Translations under genes and position numbers: made by a program
Part shown: in pieces, positions 12,968-24,619 of the stretch
Position numbering within the stretch: position 1 is the stretch's first letter
How the letters are laid out: each line of letters opens with the position of its first letter
The notes under the pieces: model-generated
Seen by the model: only the letters and a program-made list of their open reading frames with translations
What the model was told of the DNA's origin: nothing
Databases searched by the model: none
Assembly (NCBI GenBank): GCA_964016885.1
Contig: OZ024743.1
Location: 102,610,001-102,674,000 of the forward strand
Direction of reading: 5' to 3'
DNA from: Eledone cirrhosa
Taxonomy: Eukaryota
DNA length: 64,000 bases

Positions 12968-13575
12968 CTAGCAATGGTATCCGGCGTTCCACGGGATAAA
13001 ATACTTTGGAACGCGGGCCGCTAACAGACCTAACCGTGTAAAAATTGCATGCCTGGACAATATGTAAAGAAAATAAACCGAATACTATGATGGCTGGATA
13101 ATCTTTAAGATTTTCCTCGATGAAGCAGGAAAAATGCAGGTTTTCACCTAATGCGGGCCCTAGAGTTTCAAGAAAATGAATTTTGTTTATGTGCATAATA
13201 TGCCTTGAAATTTAAAGAAAATCGGCTACACGTAACGCCTCAATAAAGCCCTAAAACGCTGAAAAAATGAAGTTTTTCACCTAATGTGATCCCTAGGCCA
13301 TACAAAAGTTGGATTTTCTTTGCTCACGGTATGTAGAAGAGACTGACTAATACATAGTTACAATTTCAAGGAAATCAGTCTCATGTAACGTCTAAAAAAA
13401 AAAACCCTGATAAACGCAGTTTTTTACCTAATGCGATCCCTAGGAGATCAAAATGTTGAATTCAAAATGTTAAATTGTTATGTGCATAACACTCCCTTAA
13501 GCATAAGTAATACACATGTAAAGTTTGAAAAACGTCGGTTGGGTACTTCTCGAGTTTTAGGGATTCAAACTCACA

Positions 13576-13637
<62 letters not shown>

Positions 13638-13946
13638 GACATCCTCAGGGAAGTGACGTAATGCAGATAGTCAGACATACATACAGATATTATAAGGGCG
13701 CGACGTTAAATGTATGTATCTATCTAAAAAGAGAAAGACTAAGAATGATAGAGAGAGATCGCTAAATCGCGTGATGCGGTCCCTAGGGCATTGAAAATTT
13801 GAAATTTCTTTTGCTCAGAACACTCCCTGAAACATAAGTATTACAACTGTAATGTTTGAAAACAGTCGGTTGTGTGCTTCTTGCGTTTTAGGGATTCAAT
13901 CTCACACACACACACAGACAGACATCCTCAGTTTTATATATATAGA
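12968..13946 (-). mobile_element. Non-autonomous Helitron
   Basis: The minus strand starts TCTATATATATAAAACTGAGGATGTCTGTCTG and ends with hairpin CCCGTGGAACGCCGG followed by CTAG. It is similar to 35068-35867. Confidence 0.75.
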
Positions 13947-13982
13947 CTAGCAGAAAACCACCCGTGGGCGGTTTTCTGCTAG

Positions 13983-14258
13983 TCTATATATCTAAAACAG
14001 AGAAGGTCTGTCTGTCAGCTCACTAAAACTTGAGAACCATCCAACCGATTGTTTTCAAACTTTAGACATGTAATACATATGGCCCTGTGAGTGTTTTGAG
14101 CAAAAATTATTTCAAATTTTCAATGCCCTAGGGATCGCATTAGGCGATTTAGCGTTCTCTCTATATAATTCTTAGTCTTTCTTTTTAGATAGATACATAG
14201 ATATAAGGTTGTGCCCTTATAATATATGTCTGTATCTCTGACTGTCTGCATCACGTCA
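13983..14258 (+). mobile_element. Helitron 5' fragment, mirror image of 13654-13946
   Basis: Starts TCTATATATCTAAAACAGAGAAGGTCTGTCTGTC directly after CTAG, with reverse-complement similarity to 13654-13946. Confidence 0.7.
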
Positions 14259-14755
14259 TTATGACGCGCTCAGCGTGATTCCCTCGGCCTCAGTGACCAG
14301 AGTTAGTGGAGAGGGGAAGGTAATGTTTCTGTAGCACGTGTTTTAGCGTCTATTCACTCTCTCCCTCTCTCCCTCCCGCTATCCCCTCTCGTAGTCTGTC
14401 TCTTTCTTTCACTCTCACTCTCTCTCTACGCACGTGTTTCCACTGTCGGACAGACAGACAGAGAAATTGCAGGTTATATATATAAGTAGATAATTGTCGT
14501 TTTAGAAGCCTCAACAATGCAGATGAGTAAATCTCCGGGTAACAGAATCAGGTGGAAACGAGAGAGAGAGAGAGAGAGAGGTGTAAGAAGAAGCGCAGAA
14601 AGAGACGTAGAGAACGTAAAAGAGTATAGGAAAAGTGTAAAAAACAATAACACGAGATATAAAGTTACCTTGCAAGTTATTTAATAGTCCCTATATTTCG
14701 GATTTCGCATCCACCAAGTGGGGTTTTTCCGAGTGGGAAGTTGTTTATCGTGTGC

Positions 14756-14824
<69 letters not shown>

Positions 14825-15157
14825 TGTGTAGATTTATATGTATGTGTATGTATATCTATATATTTAGACACACACATATATAAATATATATATATGTATA
14901 TAAATATATATGTATATATATGTATATGTATGTGTATATGCATATATATGCATATATATGTATGTATGTATATATATATATGTGTGTGTGTGTATCTATA
15001 TTTATATATACATATATGTTTATATAAATATACATGTTTATTTGTACATGGATGTATATGTGTATATATATGTTTATATATATATGTATATGTACATGCA
15101 TGTATATATGAATTAGTTTTGCGAGGTTTTTGATATGAAATCGTGTGTCGAAACAAA

Positions 15158-15817
15158 TATTGTTATACTTGGGGAGGGTCATATTTGTGTAATATTGCCA
15201 GAATTAATAACAGAACACACTCACTGTTTGGTTGGTTTTCGCATTTCGCTTCTGTGTCTTTTATATCGGTAATCTAATTTATTCGGTCCTCAATGTTGCC
15301 ATTGACTGACCAACGGTAAAAAATAATACAAGTACAATATAGACACAAACACATATATATAGTTTATCAAAGTTCTTTCGTTGCACATCTGCAACATCGT
15401 CAGAGGTGCTATTGTTTCCTCCCGTTGGATTGTATTTTCTACGCCATCTTTATTTAGTCTGTGTATATATTTATTTATTTGTTTATTTTATTTTGTCTTC
15501 TTTGCGCATGCCTTTGCGTGTGTGTATAGTGTTTTGTTAGATGTGTGTTCGTGATTGGGTGACTGTGTATTGGTTAATGTATTCTATCTTTACTAGTGTG
15601 TGTTTATATGTGTTTGTTGTTATTGTGCTTGTGTATGTATTTATTTATTTATTTATTTATTTATTTATCTATTTATTTATTTATACTTCTCTTAGGTCAG
15701 TGTTGTTTGTTTGGGTGTGGTTGTTATTCCATTCATTCTTTCTGTTTAGCCTTGGCCTTCTAAGTTATTAATTCTGGTAATATTAAAGACATATGATCCT
15801 CCCCAAGTATAACAATA
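15158..15817 (-). mobile_element. Family C element, longer copy
   Basis: Inverted ends of about 54 bp. Minus strand 15366-15408 reads CTGACGA-T-GTTGCA-GATG-TGCAAC-GAAA-GAACTT-TGAT. Confidence 0.65.
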
Positions 15818-15834
15818 CACGTATATATGTATAT

Positions 15835-15907
<73 letters not shown>

Positions 15908-15946
15908 TGCATACATATATGTATATATATATATATATATATATAA

Positions 15947-15986
<40 letters not shown>

Positions 15987-16312
15987 GTCTAGGGCGTGTA
16001 AAATTCCCGAGAGCCATGGACGAGTTCTCTCCAGCGGTCTCTGTTCCTCATTATCGCTGCCATGTCCTACGTCTCCAAGAGACCAGTGCCTGTCCTTATT
16101 GCATCAACATATGTTAACCTCAGTCTTCCTCTTCCAGTGTGGCCATGCAGGGGCTCCCACAGGAGCAATGAGTGCAGTGCCAACTCCGGATGTCGGTGAG
16201 CAAATCCAGCTAACCTCAGCGTCCTGTGAGCTACTCTCGAGCTGACTTTTGGGAGGCTCCAGTACAGCTCTGAGTTCTCCATCCTCAGTGTATACTGATT
16301 AATGTTCAGAGC
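15987..16312 (-). mobile_element. RTE-clade LINE 3' fragment
   Basis: MALNINQ...[27 protein letters not shown]...[20 protein letters not shown] is a typical RTE/RTE-X C-terminus. Confidence 0.75.
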
Positions 16313-16313
16313 C

Positions 16314-16505
<192 letters not shown>

Positions 16506-16509
16506 ATAT

Positions 16510-17113
16510 GTCAGGTCACCAGTTGGTGCTACTAGTAACATGTATCCCAGTACAACCTGTCTCATGGTCCGGTCGTTGGCGACTAAACTGGCAATCCCAC
16601 CAAGGTTTCTTGGTGAGGAGGGTGACTTTGGACATCCTGCAGGACTAAAAACAAAACCTGTCAAAGGGCAAAGGAGCTCTTAAGAGTCAATGGCCATCCA
16701 AAATCACCGGGAGAGATGACCCCTTAGCCTTTGTCAAGGCAGAATTCTAGGAGAAGTAAAACTCTGATATAACACCTGCAACCCTGATGGTATCCAATGA
16801 TGTTGACTTGTTCTTCTTTTTGGTAAATATCATCTTGGTTAAAAGAGTGGGACTGGCTTTGTGCAGTGCCTTTGCTCACTATAAAAGGTTCACGGCACAG
16901 GCATTGCTTTATATCTGGAGATCTCTCTGCACTTGCGTCACATGGTACCATGCGCACAGGACTATGTGTCAGTAATTGTCACAAGTGTAGTGTTTGTACC
17001 AGAGTTTTCAAATCGCTGGCTGGAATAGAAAGTCACACTCGTTCAGCCCATTGATAGGGTTCTCCTACATGGATATAAAGTAGTGGCCGTACTCGAAAAC
17101 GAGTCAGCAGCCA

Positions 17114-17116
<3 letters not shown>
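16510..17116 (+). mobile_element. Non-autonomous RTE-derived element of about 600 bp, copy 1
   Basis: Near-identical to 19106-19694 and 23945-24527. The 3' part encodes a C2H2 finger remnant ([22 protein letters not shown]) like RTE ORF ends. It lies within TA/TATG repeats. Confidence 0.65.
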
Positions 17117-17151
<35 letters not shown>

Positions 17152-17273
17152 GTATGTGTATATATATATATATATGTATGTATGTATGTATGTAGTGTAT
17201 GTATGTGTGTGTATGTGTATGCACATATATGTGTGTATATGTATATGTGTATATATGTATGTGCATATGTATG

Positions 17274-17304
<31 letters not shown>

Positions 17305-17592
17305 GTATGTGTGTATACGTGTATCAATGTATATGTATGTAAATGTATATACATGTATGTATATATATATATATATATGTATATGTATATATATATATAT
17401 GTGTATGTATGTATATGTGTATGTATGTATGTATATGTGTATGTATGTATATATATATGTATATGTATGTATATGTATGTGTATATATATATATATGTAT
17501 ATATATGTATATATATATATATATGTGTGTATTTATATATGTATATATATATATGTGTATGTATATATATGTGTATGTATATATATATATGT

Positions 17593-17648
<56 letters not shown>

Positions 17649-17671
17649 TTATATATATATATGTATATATG

Positions 17672-17704
<33 letters not shown>

Positions 17705-17881
17705 ATATATAAATATATATATGTATGTATGTATATATATATGTATGTATATATATATACACATATATGTATATGTATGTATGTATATATATATATGTAT
17801 GTATATATATATGCATATATATGTATGTATGTATATATATATATATATATGTATGTATATATATATTTATATATATATATG

Positions 17882-17913
<32 letters not shown>

Positions 17914-17955
17914 TGTATGTATATATATATGTATGTATGTATATATACATGTATG

Positions 17956-18000
<45 letters not shown>

Positions 18001-18109
18001 GTATGTATATATATATATATGTATGTATGTATATATATATGTATGTATTAATATATATATGTAGGTATATATATATATATATGTATGTATATATATATAT
18101 GTATGTATG

Positions 18110-18142
<33 letters not shown>

Positions 18143-18145
18143 ATG

Positions 18146-18176
<31 letters not shown>

Positions 18177-18371
18177 GTATGTATATATATATATATATGT
18201 ATATTTATATATGTATGTATGTATGTATATATATATGTATATATATGTATGTATATATATATATATATGTGTGTATGTATATGTATATGTGTATATATAT
18301 ATATATATGTATGTATATATATATATATGTATGTATATGTGTGTATGTATGTATGTATATATATATATATG

Positions 18372-18462
<91 letters not shown>

Positions 18463-18556
18463 GTATGTATATATATATATGTATGTATGTATATGTGTAT
18501 GTATATATGTATGTATATGTATGTATATATATGTATGTATATGTATGTATACATAC

Positions 18557-18587
<31 letters not shown>

Positions 18588-18713
18588 TGTATGTATGTAT
18601 GTATGTATGTATGTATGGATATGTATATATATATATGTATGTATGTGTATATGTATATATGTATATGTATGTATGTATGTATTTATGTATATGTGTATGT
18701 ATATGTGTGTATG

Positions 18714-18744
<31 letters not shown>

Positions 18745-18761
18745 GTGTGTATGTATGTTTG

Positions 18762-18795
<34 letters not shown>

Positions 18796-19069
18796 TATAT
18801 GGATATGTATGTATGTATGTATGTATATATATGTATATATATATGTATGTATGTATATATATATATATGTGTGTATGTATATATATATATGTATGTAAGT
18901 ATGTATGTATATATATATTTATGTATGTATGTATATATGTATGTATATATATGTATGTATGTATATGTGTGTATGTATGTATGTATGTATATTTATATAT
19001 GTATGTACGTATGTATGTATGTATATATATATATATATGTATGTATGTATGTATGTAAGTATGTATATG

Positions 19070-19100
<31 letters not shown>

Positions 19101-19105
19101 ATGTA
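17117..19105. repeat. 2-kb compound (TA)n/(TATG)n microsatellite
   Basis: Direct reading. Confidence 0.95.
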
Positions 19106-19694
19106 TACCGGTAACATGTATCCCAGTAAAACCTGTCTCATGGTCGGGTCGTTGGCGTCTAAACTAGCAACCCCACCAAGGTTTCTTGGTGAGGAGGGTG
19201 ACTTTGGACATGCTGCAGGACTAAAAACTAAACCTGTCAAAGGGCAAAGGAGCTCAAAAGAGTCAATGGCCATCCAAAATCACCGGGAGAGATTACCCCT
19301 TAGCCTTTGTCAAGGCAGAATTCTAGGAGAAGGAAAACTCTGATATAACACCTGCAACCCTGATGGTATCCAATGATGTTAACTTGTTCTTCTTTTTGGT
19401 AAATATCATCTTGGTTAAGAGAGTGGGACTGGCTTTGTGCAGTGCCTTTGCTCACTATAAAAGCTTTACGTCACAGGCATTGCTTTATATCTGGAGATCT
19501 CTCTGCACTTGTCGTCACATGGTACCATGGGCCCAGCACTATGTGTCAATAATTGTCACAAGTGTAGTGTTTACACCAGAGTGTTCACGTCGCTGGCTGG
19601 ACTAAAGAGTTACACTCGTTCAGCGCATCGGTAGGGGTTCTCCTACATGGATATAAAGTAGTGGCCGTACGCGAAAACGAGTTGGCAGCCACCA
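19106..19694 (+). mobile_element. RTE-derived non-autonomous element, copy 2 (about 20 bp shorter at the 5' end)
   Basis: Aligns by eye to 16530-17116. Confidence 0.65.
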
Positions 19695-19718
19695 TGTATA
19701 TGTATGTATGTATGTATG

Positions 19719-22700
19719 TTTTCTCTTTCTCTTAATTTCGAGTATATTTTTTTGACCGGCCACCTTCCTGGTGGCAAGGTTGTAAAAGAAAAGAAATTGT
19801 CATCCCTTGAATCGCAAGAATGTTTTGCATATTTTGAAGGTGCCAGCTATCGCAGCCATTTGTAGACTATGAATTAGGGAGCTGCGCTTTTTGTCCGCAA
19901 ATCCAAGTTCGGTCATACTTTGGTCCAAGCGGGTTGGTATATAACCCGTAGCACCAATAATGATGGGTATGAAGCTAAAGGTGTATCTTGGATACTGGAT
20001 TTGTAAGCTCCTCATCAATGGTCCGTAGATGTCCTCCTTCTCCTGTATTTTTCTGACAACGTTTACATCAAGTGGGCAGCTGATCTCCACAACAGAACAC
20101 GTTTTCAATGTGTGGTCCCAAACTACAATATCAGGCCGGTTGTGCTTTAATTTGGTGGCAGTTTTTATTTTCAGGTTCTACCAGTATTCCTTAGTGCCAT
20201 CTGTCTCAATATATTCTTCCTCGTTTGTTGTTAATTTTGTTTTCCGAAGTGCGTTCCAGATAGTTTTAGCTATCCCATCGTGTCTCATGGGAGGTAGTAG
20301 CGAGATGACATTCTTTCGCAGCTGGCAACAATGTGGCTTACATCCTCGATCTTTGTTTTACATAGCCTACATTTATTGTCAGCTGCTGGCCCTCCTCTTT
20401 TGTGCAGCAGATATTTGGTAGGGAGTTCTTGTTCCTGTATTGCATAGAGATATCCCTCAAGGTGTGGTGTCATAAACTTGTCGGAACTCCATGCCAGGCT
20501 TTTTGAGTGGTTTATCCCCTCTATGGTCTGTGTTTTACGCCTCAAGTATCCATGCACAACTTTCTCTGTAAATTGGTCAATTTTTTTTTCTTGTTTGAAC
20601 ATTGAATAGGATCTTCCGATTTCTCTGGGTGAGAGATTTATATCAGGCTTTATTCCATATCTCTCCTCCAGATCAGTCGCTATTCTAATGATATTTCTTT
20701 TTTCATGCTCATAAACCTGAGCAAGATGGTCGCCAACCTTTTTCCTCTGTTGAAGGTGTTGCTTCAGTGTTACTATCCGGGTCTCATATGTTGTTAATAT
20801 TGATTTTAGACCCCGGCCACCTTCCTTGCGTGAGAAGTATAGCCTATCCACATCACCATTGATGTTAAAGTTCCCAGTAACACTGAGAAGTTTTCGAGTT
20901 CTAACATCCATCTCACTTAGTTCTTGCAATGACCAGTTCAGTAGGCCAAATGTTGGCGTTAGAATTGGCACAGCATAGGTATTGTGGGCAATGTATTTGT
21001 TGTATGCTGACAGTTCTGATGACCATATTTTTTTTACTCTTCTGAGGTATTCAGTTCTGGTTCTCTCCTTATTTATGGGTCCATCATATCTGACATTCTC
21101 ATCCTGTCCAAGATATCTGTAGTTGTCACCTGACTGCAGAGGTTGTATTGTCAGGCCGTTCATATCTAGATTTCTAGAGGAGGGCACAGCTCTTCCACGT
21201 TTTACTGCCAAATATGCACACTTGGACTCACCAAATTTCATTTTGATGTCGGTTGAAAATTGTGTAATGAGGTCCAATTGTTTCTTGATGTCATTGATAT
21301 TTGGCCCATACAACTTCAGGTCATCAACAAAGAAAAGATGGGAGATACTTCTGGGCCCACTTCTTTGTCCACCTTGTTTCCTGAGTAGGTAAGATAGTGG
21401 ATTCAGTGAGAGAACGAAGAGTAGTACTGACAAGCTATCACCCTGAAAGATGCCCTTCTGGTAATGTATCCTATCAGTCTTAACCTGCTCCTTCTCACCT
21501 CTAAGGATCAAATTGGTGTACCAGTTCTTGGTCAGGCGTTCAACAGCAGCTACTAATGGTTGTGGGACTTTAGCTAACTGTAAAGCCTTAATAATCCACC
21601 CATGAGGTACACTATCAAATGCTTTTTGATAGTCCAGCCACACGACAGTCATGTTTCTGCGATTCTTTGTTGTTTTTTCCTGAATCATTTTGTTAGTTAG
21701 TAGGTGATCTATGCAACCCCACACCTCCCTCTTTCCACCAGCTTGCTCAGGTGTTATGATGTTGTTGGTAGCACAGTGATCCTGTAAGAACAGGTTAAGG
21801 CACCCAGTATATAATTTATACATGATGTTTTGGCAGGCAATTGGGCGGTAATTTTTAGCAAGGGTGGTTTGGCTATTTTTGGGAATGAGGAGAGTAGTGG
21901 CAGTTGATAACCATCTGGGCAGTTCTTGTGTGCCCTTAATGGTTTCTGTAAACAGCCGTATGAGATCTTGCCGATAGAAAGTGAAATTCTTCAACCAGTA
22001 TCCTGTAATGAGGTCTGGGCCTGGCGATTTCCTATTCGACATTTTCTGTAGAGCTGTTTCCAGTATTGACCCATCTATGTCATATTGTTTTGTCTGGACA
22101 TGTTGGCAGTAGTCCTGTTCCAGTTGTTTTAGCCAATTAGCTTGTCTGTTGAATCCGTCATCCGTTTCCCATACAGATCTCCAGTAGTTCTCAACCTGTT
22201 CTTTTGAAGGAGTGTCGTTTACAGGGATTGAGCTTTTGCCACCGAAGCTGCGATAAACTGATTTAGGATCTCTGGCAAACAATCTATTTAGCACTTGTCG
22301 TTTATGTGCTGTTGACTTATATTTTAGTCTTTCTGTTGTAGCTGTGAGTTGTTGTTTCAACTGGTGTAATTTGGAGTTCAAAGTTTTAAATTTGGTATCT
22401 CCAAATCGTCTCTCTAACTTTTTCTTTAGGTCTTCCTGGTGTCGTGTGAAGTTTCTCTCTATGTTGCATTTCATAACGACTGCGATGTGTGAGATACTTC
22501 GTCTCAGGGACAAAATTTTGGTTTTTAAATTTCGCATCCACGCTGGTTCAGGCTTTCTGTTTGTATCTTGATTGCGTGGTTTTAGATGTGTTTTATATGA
22601 TAGCAATGTGACAGCTGAAACATATAACAAAATATTGAGCGTTTCAAATGTCGTTTCTACACCTTTAGATCGTATAGCCTTCAGATAATTGCCAGCTATT

Positions 22701-23772
22701 TCGTTCACCGCTTCCAATTCCAATTTAGTGGGTTCTTTACTGACTCTAGTGTTGTATGGTCTGTCACTCACATTAAGGCTGTGTATCTCTTGAAACATAT
22801 CGTTCCATATCACTTGTAGGGTGCCCACAAGTTTTTGGTGCTCTGTTTGTTCAGTAGAGTCATGAATTGCAGCCTCGTTGTTGATGTGGTGACAATTACT
22901 ACTAGAGTCAGCTGACCTTTCTCGCTGTTCTTCAGTGGAAGTGGGATGGATTTCAGCAAAATTGTTGGTGAGCTGTTCACTGTTAGATTTAGCTGGCCAT
23001 TCTCTTTGTCTGTCAGTGGAGGTGGGGTGGTTGTCTACAAGGGCTGTATTTGTAGTATCACTCGATTCCGTTTGATGTATCAATTTACATCTAATGATAC
23101 GTTTTGCCTGTTCATTTAGATGCTTTGGAGAAAAGTCTAATTCTGGGTGTTTGGAGTTCCATAAAGTTTTTAGCCTTTGCATAAAACCGAACTTTTGAGG
23201 TTCAGATTGTTTGTATGCTTCATATAATTCTTTGTTAAGCTCGTAGCTCCACTGTATACAACGGTTGTAATTGCGATTTGGTCGAAGGAGACTTGTACTT
23301 TTTGCCATGATCAGTTCGTCTATTCACTAATATTTTGTATTTATTTTTTTTAAATAGTCGATGATCTTCTTTAAAAGTTACGTCAAAGTTCTGTCAGAAT
23401 CAAATTTAAAGTTATTCACAGCTTGGGTAATATTTCTTTTCAGTTAGTTTTTAATTCTACAACTGTGTTTTAAACGTTGTTCTTGAATCGTTTGAATCGA
23501 GAACAAAAAGAACCGTTACTTAGTATATTCCTTTACGAATGTAATATAATATAACAACGCTGTATTTATATGTTAAAGTTTATGTATCATTCATATAAAT
23601 AGGTGTTCTACAACATATTCACAACATTCACAGTTCAAACACTTATGTAGAATTATTGTATGTAATCTTACCGCATAATGTAGCTCAACTTTTTCCAATA
23701 TATGGTATGTTGCCTTCATGTAAGCCGTAATTACACACGTCCGATTATCGGACACTGACCACAACGGTCGCC
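19719..23772 (-). mobile_element. Full-length R4/Dong-like non-LTR retrotransposon (RT + RLE) inserted in (CATA)n
   Basis: Single long ORF with 5' and 3' UTRs. Both boundaries fall into TATG/CATA repeats. Confidence 0.85.
19800..23308 (-). pseudogene. Reverse transcriptase, CCHC zinc knuckle and restriction-like endonuclease ORF with one frameshift and one stop
   Basis: Motifs KSPGPD, NYRPIAC, WLDYQKAFDSVPH, GIFQGDSLS, FFVDDLKL, YRYLG and CRLC..KIEDVSHIVASC. A frameshift near 20290 restores YYLPMRHD, and a TAG at 20178-20180 precedes RPDIVV..VVEISCP..K.D.Y (PD-(D/E)xK). Confidence 0.9.
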
Positions 23773-23803
<31 letters not shown>

Positions 23804-23944
23804 TGTATGTATGTATGTATGTATGTATGTATGTATGTATGTATGTATGTATGTATATGTGTGTATGTAAGTATGTATGTATGTGTATATATATGTATAT
23901 ATATGTGTATGTATGTATATGTATATATAATATGTATATATTGT

Positions 23945-24527
23945 GTCAGGTCACCAGTTGGTGCTACTGGTAACATGTATCCCAGTAAAACCTGTCTCAT
24001 GGTCGGGTCTTTGGCGACTAAAATGGCAACCCCACCAAGGTTTCTTGGTGAGGAGGGTGACTTTGGACATCCTGCAGGACTAAAAACAAAACCTGTCAAA
24101 GGAGCTCTTAAGAGTCAATGGCCATCCAAAATCACCGGGGGAGATGACCCCTTAGGCTTTGTCAAGGCAGAATTCTAGGAGAAGGAAAACTCTTATATAA
24201 CACCTGTAACTCTGATGGTATCCAATGATGTTGACTTGTTCTTCTTTTTGTTAAATATCATCTTGGTTAAGAGAGTGGGACTGGCTTTGTGCAGTGCCTT
24301 TGCTCACTATTAAAGTTTCACGGCAGAAGCATTGCTTTATATCTGGAGATCTCGCTGCACTTGTCATCACATGGTACCATGGGCCCAGCACTGTGTCAAT
24401 AATTGTCACAAGTGTAGTGTTTGTACCAGAGTTTTCAAGTCGCTGGCTGGACTAAAAAGTCACACGCGTTCAGAGCATTGGTAGGGGTTCTCCTACATGG
24501 ATATAAAGTAGTGGCCGTACTCAAAAA
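23945..24527 (+). mobile_element. RTE-derived non-autonomous element, copy 3
   Basis: Aligns by eye to 16510-17100. Confidence 0.65.
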
Positions 24528-24544
24528 TGTATGTATGTATGTAC

Positions 24545-24586
<42 letters not shown>

Positions 24587-24619
24587 TTATATGTTTATAT
24601 TTATCAGAATTGATATGTT

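Noticed and set aside
17083-19273. Long Y/I/M/C/V-rich ORFs (also at 1.3-1.9, 14.7-15.1, 40.7-41.5, 44, 47 and 63 kb)
   Set aside because: They are translations of TA, TATG and TG microsatellites.
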